Origin: a virus | Length of the DNA stretch: 64,000 nucleotides | Virus record (IMG/VR): IMGVR_UViG_2974595885_000001 | Coordinates: 5,534 to 69,533 of that record | Reading direction: 5' to 3' (one strand) | Shown here: in pieces, positions 7,746-16,816 of the stretch | Layout of the letters: the number at the start of each line of letters is the position of its first letter | Numbering within the stretch: position 1 is the stretch's first letter | The notes under the pieces: model-generated | Told to the model about the DNA's origin: nothing | The model's input: the letters and a program-made list of their open reading frames with translations, nothing else | Database searches by the model: none | Translations under genes and position numbers: made by a program

Positions 7746-8935
7746 AAGTACAAGAGTTCCAAACCCTTACCGGCATGGAATACGTTAAAGCAGCCATTGC
7801 TTGCTGCCACAACAAGGCCGTTGAAAAGGAACAGTGGGACACTCGTCTGGCATATTTCAGTGGTCTCGATCTGGACGCAGAGTCCACATACAAGAACGCA
7901 TCCAACCCTGTGGGGTTGCGTGCAGCAGTTGAAGCCTACAAGAAAGCTCAACGTGGTGAGAAGTCAGGATACATGATCAGTCTGGATGCTGCATCATCCG
8001 GTCTTCAGTTCCTGTCACTGCTCGTAGAGGATCCTCTCTCATGGAAACTCTGTGGTGGTGATGAGAACATCCTTGATGCCTACGCTGAGATCTTCACCAC
8101 GATGAATTCTGACCTGTCTGTGACACGGAAGGATGTGAAACAGTCGGTGATGACTGCTCTCTATGGTTCAACTGCAACTCCGGCTGCAATCTTCGGAGAT
8201 GACCTCGAAGTCTTCTACGACACCATGGAGAAAATGGCTCCGGGTGCATGGGATCTCAACTTGGGTATCCAAGAACTCTGGGATGAGATTCCGGGCAACA
8301 CCTACGACTGGTATCTGCCAGATGGCTTCTACGCCTGCATCGAAACCAAGGACAAAGAAGCAATCAACTTCACGTTCTTGGATGAAGAGTACACCGTCAT
8401 TCAGAAGGTCAATGAACGTCCTCGGTTCCACAAGGGACTGGGACCAAACCTGATCCACTCGATTGATGGTATGGTGGTTCGTGAGATGCTCCGTCGGTGT
8501 ATGTTCGACTCTCGTGTGACTCAGCGTGTCACTGAGGCCATCATTGCAGGTGAGTATGGTGTGGACGGCAAGTCTGCAGACAAGGTGAAAGAACTCTGGA
8601 CCCTCTACAAAGAGAGTGGGTTCCTGAGTGTCCGTATCCTTGACTACCTCTACGCAGATACTCTGGGTCTGGTCGATCCTATGGTCATCGCCAATCTCAT
8701 GATGACTCTGCCAGACAAGTCGTTCGAACTGGTCACTGTGCATGACTGCTTCCGTTGTCACCCGAACTATGGTGATGACCTCCGTCGTCAGTACAACCGG
8801 ATCATGTGTGACATCAAAAACAGCAATCTGCTGCCCTTCATTGCGACTCAAGTAGCAGGGAAACCTGTGAAAGCACGGAAGATCGGTAAGATCGCTGATG
8901 AGGTGATCCTCAACGCCAACTACGCTATCTGCTAA
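7739..8935 (+). CDS. N4-like RNA polymerase II subunit 2 (gp16-like)
   Basis: Motif A SLDAASSGLQ, motif B RKDVKQSVMTALYG, motif C VHDCF. Confidence 0.93.
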   Translation: MLKVQEFQTLTGMEYVKAAIACCHNKAVEKEQWDTRLAYFSGLDLDAESTYKNASNPVGLRAAVEAYKKAQRGEKSGYMISLDAASSGLQFLSLLVEDPLSWKLCGGDENILDAYAEIFTTMNSDLSVTRKDVKQSVMTALYGSTATPAAIFGDDLEVFYDTMEKMAPGAWDLNLGIQELWDEIPGNTYDWYLPDGFYACIETKDKEAINFTFLDEEYTVIQKVNERPRFHKGLGPNLIHSIDGMVVREMLRRCMFDSRVTQRVTEAIIAGEYGVDGKSADKVKELWTLYKESGFLSVRILDYLYADTLGLVDPMVIANLMMTLPDKSFELVTVHDCFRCHPNYGDDLRRQYNRIMCDIKNSNLLPFIATQVAGKPVKARKIGKIADEVILNANYAIC

Positions 8936-8942
8936 AAGAAAA

Positions 8943-8983
8943 CCCCTCTACTGGACACATGTCTGGTAGAGGGGTATCTTTTT
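8943..8983 (+). terminator. Rho-independent terminator
   Basis: CCCCTCTACTGGAC-ACAT-GTCTGGTAGAGGGG followed by TATCTTTTT. Confidence 0.75.
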
Positions 8984-9009
8984 GACCAACCCAAGGACGG
9001 AGATCAATC

Positions 9010-9231
9010 ATGACCAAGCAAGATCAAGGTACTGAGACAGAACCAACAAATCAAGAGAGATTCTACTACTTCGATGAAGATACTCGGACTGTCTACCATA
9101 CGACGGACGAGGAAGAGGTGGGATATCTGGAGTTTCTTGGTTCCTCAACCAACCCAAACATCCGAATGGCAGTGACTGGTTTTTCTCGAAAGCTCCCTTG
9201 GGACTCGGGATACAAGATCAAGGAACTCTGA
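9010..9231 (+). CDS. Hypothetical protein
   Basis: 73 aa, RBS GGAG. Confidence 0.7.
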   Translation: MTKQDQGTETEPTNQERFYYFDEDTRTVYHTTDEEEVGYLEFLGSSTNPNIRMAVTGFSRKLPWDSGYKIKEL

Positions 9232-9285
9232 TAGCTCATTGTTTTCTTTTGGTTTTTTGTATCTCAACCGAAAGGAGACAGTCTC

Positions 9286-10464
9286 ATGACTGCTGAAATT
9301 CTGAAACTCTCGCCCAGTGAAACGGCAGAGTTCATCTTGAATGCCATTCTGTGCAAGCAAGTTCCGTACATCGCTGGTCCTCCGGGTATCGGCAAATCAC
9401 AGGTTGTCCATGGTGTCTTGGCACAATGTAACCTGAAGATGATCGACCTTCGTTTGTCTCAGATCCTCAGTGAAGACATGACTGGTCTCCCTGAACGCAA
9501 CGCTGAAACTGGCAAGGCAGAATACCTGCCCTTCTCAACCTTCCCTCTTCAGGGTGACAAGATCCCTGATGGGTATGATGGTTGGGGCCTGTTGCTCGAT
9601 GAGCTTCCCTCTGCATCTGAAGAGGTGTTGGCTGCATCCTACTCCCTGATCCTCGACCGTACTGTTGGTGGCCGTAAGCTGCATGATCGCTGTGTCGTCA
9701 TTGCAGCCGGTAACCGAGCCTCTGACAGTGCCATTGCTCGTGAACTCCCTGACACCCTGATCACTCGTATGCTCCCCTGTGAGATGAAGGTGAACGTGGC
9801 TGACTGGGTTCACTGGGCCTCTGGACACAAGAAGTCCAATGAGCAGGTGGTATCCTTCATCGAGAAGAACCCGACCATGCTTTATGCTCCAACTCCTGTG
9901 GCTGATCGTGAAGAGAACGAAACCTACCCTACTCCTCGTGGATGGGAGAAGGTCTTCGCTCATGTGAACCTGCATGAGAAACGCACCAAGAAAGAAGTGG
10001 AAGGTGTCGATTCTGCTGGTCTCCCGACTGGACGGACTGAGATCTCCATTTCCCCGATCTCTGAGCCTATGTTCGCTCTCATGGCTGCTGCTGTTGGTCC
10101 TCTGGCTGCACGCAGTTTCCGTGAAGAGTATGACGAAGCCATCTCTCTCCCGAATCCTTGGGAAGTGGCTCAGTCTCCGAACTCGACTCGGATCCCCGGA
10201 ACCAATGCAGGTAAAGCCAAACTGACAAGCGAACTCTCTCGCTACTGGCTTGAATCCAATGGACAAACTCGTGAGAACGTCACTGCCTACATGAATCGTA
10301 TGGGTGGTGAATATGCTGCACTGTTCGTCAACCAGATTCAGTCTAAGGTTGGTTCCACTGCATCGGACAAAGCCATGGTGGAGAAACTTCAGAAGCGTCT
10401 GAATGTGGATCCTCTGCTTGGTGGTACTCTCCCTGATTCGGATCCTGACAACATCCCTTTCTAG
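9286..10464 (+). CDS. MoxR-like AAA+ ATPase (N4 gp24-like)
   Basis: Walker A GPPGIGKS, Walker B LLLDE, AAGN sensor and TPRGWE, adjacent to a VWA gene. Confidence 0.88.
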   Translation: MTAEILKLSPSETAEFILNAILCKQVPYIAGPPGIGKSQVVHGVLAQCNLKMIDLRLSQILSEDMTGLPERNAETGKAEYLPFSTFPLQGDKIPDGYDGWGLLLDELPSASEEVLAASYSLILDRTVGGRKLHDRCVVIAAGNRASDSAIARELPDTLITRMLPCEMKVNVADWVHWASGHKKSNEQVVSFIEKNPTMLYAPTPVADREENETYPTPRGWEKVFAHVNLHEKRTKKEVEGVDSAGLPTGRTEISISPISEPMFALMAAAVGPLAARSFREEYDEAISLPNPWEVAQSPNSTRIPGTNAGKAKLTSELSRYWLESNGQTRENVTAYMNRMGGEYAALFVNQIQSKVGSTASDKAMVEKLQKRLNVDPLLGGTLPDSDPDNIPF

Positions 10465-10521
10465 GAGGCTCTGCCAAATCCAAACCAAACCCCTTCAAAT
10501 CCCCAGTGAAAGGAACATCTG

Positions 10522-11802
10522 ATGTCCTCGCAGCCGATGACAAACCCCTCGTCCCAAGTGGCAGGTCCAGTTGGTATGAACACCAACAACGGAAGCGCAA
10601 GCCTGCAGTCAGCAGACGCAACGTTCCGGAGTATCGTGGAGGATATGCTTTTGACTGATAACAGGTTCGTAGGGCTAACGTCCTACGTCCTGCAGATCAA
10701 GTTTTGGTGGAGCGAAGCAATCGATACAGCCTGTGCAGGTGCAGGCTTTATCTTTTTCAACCCCAAGTTCTGGGACAAACTGGACGCTGAACGTCGTAAG
10801 ACTGTTGTGGCTCATGAGATCTGGCATCTGATCCTCAACCACCTTGATCGTGGTGAGGGGCTGGATCCTGAGTCCTACAACATCGCAGGCGATTACGTCA
10901 TCAACTGGCATCTGAAGGAAGATGGTTTCTGTGTGGATAATCCATTCGGAGACATCGATATTCTATTGAATGGCAAATACGCAGGCATGAGCACAGAGGC
11001 AGTTTATGCAAAAGTCCACAAACAACGGAAGCAAGACCCAAAAAGTCATGCTGCTCCACATGGCACTCCTACAGCCGACCAGATCGAAGACCTCATCAAA
11101 GAAGCTCTTAATGGAACTGGGAAAGATCTCGGCCAGCAAAAGAAGCAGAACGATCAAGCAAGGGATGAAGCGGTACAACAAGCCAAAGCTGGTAACGGTG
11201 ATGGGTCAACGGATCGCATCCTAGCCTCTGAAGGCTTCAAAGTATTCATTCAGGAGAAAACCTATGAAGAGATCTTCGAACAATGGCTCCTCGACCCACT
11301 CTCTGGTGGAAAGAGAACCTATCTCAGACCGTCTCGTAGACAGATTGCTGGAGGGCTGCGTCTCAAGGGAAAATTCCAAAAGAGGGGTAAACATAATCGA
11401 CTTACGCATCTTGTTTACGCTCTGGATGTCTCCGGATCAATTACGGCCAAACAAGCACAGCAGTTCCTGAGATCAGCTAAGACTCTGAAAGAAAAGCTGA
11501 ATCCTGTGCTGATGACTGTGATTCTTTGGGACACCAAGATCAAATTTGAGAAGGTGTTCAAGGAGGATGAGACCCTCGACAACATCCGAGTCACTGCAGG
11601 TGGAGGAACCAACCTCACTCCTGTCTACAAGCGACTCAAACAACTGAACCCGGAAGCTGCTGTGATCTTCACCGATCTGGAAGTGACCATTCCCCCGAAA
11701 CCAAGTTGGGAGACTATCTGGTTCGTACCTAACCTCGGAATTGGAGACTATTGGCTCCAGAAGGTGAATTACGGCGAAGTCTACCTCGTACCGGAGAAGT
11801 AA
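10522..11802 (+). CDS. Metallopeptidase-VWA domain protein (N4 gp25-like)
   Basis: HEIWH (HExxH), NIAGDYVIN, MIDAS DVSGS, GGGT and IFTD. Confidence 0.88.
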   Translation: MSSQPMTNPSSQVAGPVGMNTNNGSASLQSADATFRSIVEDMLLTDNRFVGLTSYVLQIKFWWSEAIDTACAGAGFIFFNPKFWDKLDAERRKTVVAHEIWHLILNHLDRGEGLDPESYNIAGDYVINWHLKEDGFCVDNPFGDIDILLNGKYAGMSTEAVYAKVHKQRKQDPKSHAAPHGTPTADQIEDLIKEALNGTGKDLGQQKKQNDQARDEAVQQAKAGNGDGSTDRILASEGFKVFIQEKTYEEIFEQWLLDPLSGGKRTYLRPSRRQIAGGLRLKGKFQKRGKHNRLTHLVYALDVSGSITAKQAQQFLRSAKTLKEKLNPVLMTVILWDTKIKFEKVFKEDETLDNIRVTAGGGTNLTPVYKRLKQLNPEAAVIFTDLEVTIPPKPSWETIWFVPNLGIGDYWLQKVNYGEVYLVPEK

Positions 11803-11804
11803 TT

Positions 11805-12233
11805 ATGAGACCCGGATTTCATGAATGGGCCTTGAGCCTTGCTGTTGCAGTTTCGCAACGATCCCGTGACCCCTCCACTAAGGTGGGGGCTGTCATCATT
11901 CGTCCTGATAAGACCATCTGTTCAATGGGTTACAATGGTTTCCCTCGAACCATGGAAGACAAGGATGAGTGGTGGAACGTGCGTGAAGAGAAATACGCTC
12001 GTGTCATCCATGCTGAGATGAATGCCTTGCTCAATGCCAAGGAATCTGTCAAAGGCATGGCCCTCTACTGCACTCACCCTTGCTGTGAACACTGTGCCAA
12101 GCACATCATCGCAGCCGGAATTGAGGCAGTCTACTTCGGTGACAGTGAGGACATCCGTGCTCGATTCGACATCACCCGTTCCCTCGAACTGTTTGAACAG
12201 TGTGGTGTGGCTGTCACTTCAATCGAACTCTAA
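11805..12233 (+). CDS. dCMP deaminase family protein
   Basis: SRDPSTKVGA, GYNG, HAEMNA and PCCEHC zinc-binding motifs. Confidence 0.9.
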   Translation: MRPGFHEWALSLAVAVSQRSRDPSTKVGAVIIRPDKTICSMGYNGFPRTMEDKDEWWNVREEKYARVIHAEMNALLNAKESVKGMALYCTHPCCEHCAKHIIAAGIEAVYFGDSEDIRARFDITRSLELFEQCGVAVTSIEL

Positions 12234-12244
12234 AAGGAAAACCT

Positions 12245-12418
12245 ATGTTTCGACTCCTTCTCGTTCTGATCGGTCTTTCGGCTATCCCTGCTTGGATCAC
12301 ACACCTCGTTGTGTCCATCCAGCATCAGGAGTGGCTGTTCATGATCGTCGGAGCACTTCTTGGCCCTGTGGCTGTCGTTCATGGTTGGGCCACTTGGCTC
12401 GGCTATTCTTGGTTCTAA
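12245..12418 (+). CDS. Small membrane protein
   Basis: 57 aa, two hydrophobic segments, RBS AAGGA. Confidence 0.7.
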   Translation: MFRLLLVLIGLSAIPAWITHLVVSIQHQEWLFMIVGALLGPVAVVHGWATWLGYSWF

Positions 12419-12428
12419 GGAGAATCTC

Positions 12429-13955
12429 ATGACCAAACCAAAACTTCTCATCCTCGGCTATGGCCGACATGGCAAGGATACTGTTGCAGAAATGCTACAG
12501 AACTACGGCTTCAACTTCATGTCTTCATCGGAGTTTGTTGGCCGTGAAATCCTTTGGGATGCTTGGGGTTCTGCTGTCTATGACACCTTCGAAGAGATGT
12601 TCGCTGACCGATCCAATCATCGTGTCCTCTGGATGCAGATGATCTCGGCCTACAACACCCCTGACAAGACCAAGACGGCAAGCACCATGCTGGAACGTGG
12701 CTACGACATGTATGTCGGTATGCGTCGTTTCGATGAACTCCAAGCCTGCAAGGAAGCAGGTATCTTCGACAAAATCATCTGGGTTGATCGCTCTGAGCAT
12801 CTTCCCCCGGAAGAAGGGTCGATGGACATCACCAAAGAGAACTGTGGTGCAGATGTGATCATCTACAACAATGGTTCCTTGGCTCAACTGGAACAGAGTG
12901 TTGCTGTTCTTGTGGAAGAGTACCTCCAAGATCACTGTGGTTTCGAATGGGATCTACCCATGCCCGAAACCATTACGATGGGTGGACGGACTTTCACCCC
13001 ACAACCGTACTTCCCCGGTGAACGTCAAACTGTTGCAGAACGGCCACAGTCTGAACCAACCAAAACAGACAGTGATCAAGTGGACCTGATGGAGCTTCCT
13101 GAAGGTGCAATCCCTGTTCTGGATCATGGCTATGTCAAGCTGGTTCGTGTCGATGGTACTGAAGACGACATTGCTCGTGCTGCACGTCTCTCCTATGGGC
13201 GAGGTACGCAAAAACGCACAGACAATGCCGGTCTGATCCGTTACCTCTACATGAATGCACATACGTCTCCCTTCGAGATGTGTGAGATTGTGGTTCAAAT
13301 GCGACTTCCCATCTTCGTTATGCGACAGTTGGTTCGTCACCGGACTGCAAACCTGAACGAGTATTCGGGACGGTACAGCATCATGCCACGACTGTTCTAC
13401 ATCCCTGAGATGGACCGGATGAACACTCAAAGCAAAGCCAACAAGCAAGGCTCTGATGACAACATGATCCGTGATGCGGATTACTTCCGTCGTGCCATTG
13501 AAGAACAGTGCCATGAAGCCTTCGATCTCTACGAAGCTCTGGTCGCTGACGATGTGGACTTCACTCGTGAACTCGCACGAAACCACCTTCCTCTGAACAC
13601 TTACACAGAGGTGGTGTGGAAAATGGACCTGAACAATCTGTTCAAATTCTTGGCTCTCCGAGATGATGAACATGCTCAGTGGGAAATCCGTGTCTATGCA
13701 CAGATCATCGCTGAGTTCGTTCGTGAGAACTTCCCGGCTGCTTACGCTGCCTATGAGCGGAAGAAATCAATGGTCACAATGACTTGGGAGCAACTCGTTG
13801 CTCTTACATCTGGCTTCGGACGTGATGATCTGCCGAAGTCTGAACGTGCTCAGATCGACGATATCCAACGTCGTTTGCAACAGGATATCACGGCCAAGAT
13901 GGCCCAAATGGTTGATCTGGGAGCACAAAATGGACCTGTAAACCTTGCTCCGTAG
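12429..13955 (+). CDS. thyX: dNMP kinase-like domain fused to flavin-dependent thymidylate synthase
   Basis: N-terminal P-loop ILGYGRHGKDTVA. C-terminal ARLSYG, HTSPFE, RQLVRHR, NEYSGRY and HAQWEIR. No stop between the domains. Confidence 0.88.
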   Translation: MTKPKLLILGYGRHGKDTVAEMLQNYGFNFMSSSEFVGREILWDAWGSAVYDTFEEMFADRSNHRVLWMQMISAYNTPDKTKTASTMLERGYDMYVGMRRFDELQACKEAGIFDKIIWVDRSEHLPPEEGSMDITKENCGADVIIYNNGSLAQLEQSVAVLVEEYLQDHCGFEWDLPMPETITMGGRTFTPQPYFPGERQTVAERPQSEPTKTDSDQVDLMELPEGAIPVLDHGYVKLVRVDGTEDDIARAARLSYGRGTQKRTDNAGLIRYLYMNAHTSPFEMCEIVVQMRLPIFVMRQLVRHRTANLNEYSGRYSIMPRLFYIPEMDRMNTQSKANKQGSDDNMIRDADYFRRAIEEQCHEAFDLYEALVADDVDFTRELARNHLPLNTYTEVVWKMDLNNLFKFLALRDDEHAQWEIRVYAQIIAEFVRENFPAAYAAYERKKSMVTMTWEQLVALTSGFGRDDLPKSERAQIDDIQRRLQQDITAKMAQMVDLGAQNGPVNLAP

Positions 13956-14007
13956 GGTTTGAACGGCTAAGGGAGATCTTGACATCTAAGGATGAAAGGA
14001 TCTCCCG

Positions 14008-15225
14008 ATGACCCAAACCAAGAAAAAGACATCAACCAAGCAAACGAAACCCCCCAAAGAGAAGAAAGAGATCGAGCTAAAGGCCGGTCAGAAAATTGGT
14101 ACTCATGGTAAACCTGCCCCACTGTCAGAAAACGAACGCAAGTTCCATGACAACTGGACCAAGAAAGACTGCATCGATCACCTCCGTGATCTGCAAAACC
14201 AAAATCCCGACATGTTCATCTCACGAAACTGGTTCCGAGCGAACTCAGACATTTCCGATGCTACATGGAATCGATATTTCGGAACCTTCCAAGAATTCAA
14301 ACGCAGTGCCGGAATTGATCTCTCTCGGCACGCTGGTCGGCTCGAAAAGCAAATAGCCAAACATGCGGGCCACGACGAGATCGAGAAGTTTAGTAACCAG
14401 AAGCTCGGTTACATCGGCAAGTACGAGAAACCGAAAGGTGATCGGTGGCAAACCGTTATGGCGTGCAGTGATGTTCATGACGAATTCTGTGACCCCTTCT
14501 GGCGGCGTGTCTTCATCGAAAGCCTCGAACGCATCCAACCAGATATCCTCATCCTGAATGGCGATATTTTCGACCTGCCCGAGTTCTCCAAATATGCTCA
14601 AGATCCCCGTGAATGGGATGTGACTCGGAAGATCCGAATTGCCCTCGACTTTATCCGGGACTGTCGTGAAGCTGCACCGAATGCCCAGATAGATTTCATT
14701 GAAGGTAATCACGAGTTCCGGCTCTTCCGTCACCTTGCGGAAGCTACTCCAGCCCTGAAGACTGTACTTGCTGATTTGCATGGTTTCACTATCCCTAAAC
14801 TGTTGGGCCTCGACGAATTTGAGATCAATTTCGTTGGCACTGCTGATCTTAAAGCGTGGACAGAACGGGACATCAAGAAAGAACTGACACGGAACTACAA
14901 GATCTACTTCGACGGTACGTTTCTTGCCTGTCACTTCCCAGATCGTCGCAATCTTCATATGGCTGGTTTCGGTGGACATCACCACAAACACGAAGTTTGG
15001 CCCATTCGGAATGCTTGGGGAATCCCTGCTGAATTCCATCAAATGGGTGGTGGTCATTACCGTGCTGCAGAATACTGTGACGGTGAAATCTGGAACCTTG
15101 GTTTCATGCTCGGACACTGTGATACCCAGAAAAGGGTTGTCAACTTCGAGTATGTTCCTGTAACAGACCATGCAGTTGTCGGTGGACAGTGGTATCACCG
15201 TACAATTGATGAACACATTGTCTGA
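14008..15225 (+). CDS. Calcineurin-like metallophosphoesterase with an N-terminal helical (HNH-associated-repeat-like) domain
   Basis: SDVH, NGDIFD, EGNHE and GGHHH metal-binding motifs. N-terminal TWNRYFGTFQEFKRSAG. Confidence 0.82.
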   Translation: MTQTKKKTSTKQTKPPKEKKEIELKAGQKIGTHGKPAPLSENERKFHDNWTKKDCIDHLRDLQNQNPDMFISRNWFRANSDISDATWNRYFGTFQEFKRSAGIDLSRHAGRLEKQIAKHAGHDEIEKFSNQKLGYIGKYEKPKGDRWQTVMACSDVHDEFCDPFWRRVFIESLERIQPDILILNGDIFDLPEFSKYAQDPREWDVTRKIRIALDFIRDCREAAPNAQIDFIEGNHEFRLFRHLAEATPALKTVLADLHGFTIPKLLGLDEFEINFVGTADLKAWTERDIKKELTRNYKIYFDGTFLACHFPDRRNLHMAGFGGHHHKHEVWPIRNAWGIPAEFHQMGGGHYRAAEYCDGEIWNLGFMLGHCDTQKRVVNFEYVPVTDHAVVGGQWYHRTIDEHIV

Positions 15226-15235
15226 GGAGACTCCT

Positions 15236-15457
15236 ATGTCCAAGAAATTCCGTCAAGATGAACCCGTCCAAACTGCAGAAGGCACTGGCCGTATTGCAGG
15301 TGAGATTGCTGGTGGCAAACGTGCTCACTGGCGTGTCACGCTGGATGAATCGGGTGATACCGTCACTCTCCCTACTTCTGAGATCTTCAAGCGTGGTGAA
15401 ACCATGCCCGAAGTCGAAGCAGAAGAAGTCGATGAGGGGACTGGTGATGACGACTGA
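15236..15457 (+). CDS. Small protein, possible SH3/KOW-like beta barrel with acidic tail
   Basis: 73 aa, RBS GAGGAG. Confidence 0.65.
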   Translation: MSKKFRQDEPVQTAEGTGRIAGEIAGGKRAHWRVTLDESGDTVTLPTSEIFKRGETMPEVEAEEVDEGTGDDD

Positions 15458-15647
15458 GAAGGTTGAATCCCTCTTCCGATATGCTCACCTGCCTGATGAC
15501 CTTCAGGCGGTGAGTTCCCCCTTCTACCACTTGGCTATGGACCTGACTCGCACACTCCCTCAGAGTGCTGAACTGACTCTGGCCCTTCGTTCCCTCTGGG
15601 AAGCCAAGAATCTGGCTGTATTCGCTGCAGTCGAAGCAAAGGATTGA
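15447..15647 (+). CDS. Small helical-hairpin protein, candidate Acb2/Tad1-like
   Basis: FRYAHLP..LQAVS..F..LA...LPQSAELTLALRSLWEAKNLAV, RBS GAGGGG. The ORF is solid and the function is inferred. Confidence 0.6.
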   Translation: MTTEKVESLFRYAHLPDDLQAVSSPFYHLAMDLTRTLPQSAELTLALRSLWEAKNLAVFAAVEAKD

Positions 15648-15651
15648 TCAC

Positions 15652-15855
15652 ATGGGTGTCAAAGTCGAAGTCAAAGAACCTCGTCGTACAATCAAGATGG
15701 CATCGGGCAACAAGCTCGAACTGCACAACGTCACTGCCTTTGATTGTTCTGGTTCCTTCCTCCGTCTCTGGTCTGATGAAGGCTTCACAATGATCAACGA
15801 AGCCAACATCGACTGGATGATCGTGAAAGGCGAACCTGCCAGCGACGAACAGTAA
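15652..15855 (+). CDS. Hypothetical protein
   Basis: 67 aa, RBS AAGGA. Confidence 0.7.
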   Translation: MGVKVEVKEPRRTIKMASGNKLELHNVTAFDCSGSFLRLWSDEGFTMINEANIDWMIVKGEPASDEQ

Positions 15856-15879
15856 TTGGATCACATTCCAATGAAGATT

Positions 15880-15909
15880 AGGCCCCCTCTTACCGGAGGG
15901 GGTCTTTTT
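15880..15909 (+). terminator. Rho-independent terminator
   Basis: AGGCCCCCTCT-TACC-GGAGGGGGTCT followed by TTTT. Confidence 0.8.
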
Positions 15910-15976
15910 ATATACTATGGCATTGTCAACCGGTTTTTGTTACAGCAAGACATCAAACCAACCAAGAGGACATGCC

Positions 15977-16309
15977 ATGAGCGAACCAGTCAAATATGAA
16001 TTCATCCGTGGAGACGATTTTGTCATCCCGATGTCGTTGACGAACCCTGACAACAACGGTCTCCCTGTGGATATCACTGGCTGGACCATTACGTCTCAGG
16101 TTCGTTACTCCAAGAAACTTATCTCGGATCTTCAAGTGGTTATCACTGATGCAACCCAAGGTGCTTTCACTATCTCTGCTCCGACTTCGGAGACTCAGGT
16201 GTGGCCTGCACGGGAACTGAAGTGTGACATCCAGTTTGATCGTCCGGGTGATGGTCGTGTGTCGTCTCAGACATTCATCATCGACGTGAGCGAGGATCAG
16301 ACACAATGA
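15977..16309 (+). CDS. BppU-like Ig-fold baseplate/tail accessory protein
   Basis: FIRGDDF...PVDITGWTITSQVR...GAFTISAPTSET...CDIQF pattern. Confidence 0.7.
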   Translation: MSEPVKYEFIRGDDFVIPMSLTNPDNNGLPVDITGWTITSQVRYSKKLISDLQVVITDATQGAFTISAPTSETQVWPARELKCDIQFDRPGDGRVSSQTFIIDVSEDQTQ

Positions 16310-16812
16310 GCGAACTGACCCTCAATCAGATCATGGGTCCACGGTATGAAATCGTGATCCAACGAGAGGAGGTTGTTGTTGGCCCTGCCCTTCAACTGAA
16401 TCTCGTGAAAGAGGAACCACTCCGAATCAATGTCGGGGATGGTTTCAACAAGGAGGTCGTATCCACTGGAACTTTGGATGTGACCATTTACGCTGCTGAG
16501 ACTCTGAATGCCTACCGTGCTGTGGGTCATGATGGTCTCTTCACGCAGCCAACTGTGGAAAGCCTCTCGAATTACGCGGGAGTCACCCGCAGTGCTACTG
16601 TGATTGGCGATCCTATCGATGTTGTTCGTGCAGGGATGCTGGAAGAGGGAGCTTGGAATTGGCCGGTAAACGTGCCTATTTTCATTTCCCTTCAAGGGGT
16701 TCTGACCACAACAATTCCAACTGGACTGGGAGTTACCGGTGTACGTCGTATCGGCTGGACTGTATCTCCTACCAAAATCAACCTCGACCCTTACCCAATC
16801 ATAGGAGTGTAA
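16306..16812 (+). CDS. Virion decoration/fibre accessory protein (DUF2190-like C-terminal domain)
   Basis: AAETLNAYRAV...GDPIDVVRAG...IFISLQG...VRRIG; apparent paralog of the next gene. Confidence 0.55.
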   Translation: MSELTLNQIMGPRYEIVIQREEVVVGPALQLNLVKEEPLRINVGDGFNKEVVSTGTLDVTIYAAETLNAYRAVGHDGLFTQPTVESLSNYAGVTRSATVIGDPIDVVRAGMLEEGAWNWPVNVPIFISLQGVLTTTIPTGLGVTGVRRIGWTVSPTKINLDPYPIIGV

Positions 16813-16816
16813 AACC

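Noticed and set aside
15921-15926. TTGACA on the minus strand as an antisense sigma70 promoter
   Set aside because: No -10 hexamer at 16-18 nt spacing
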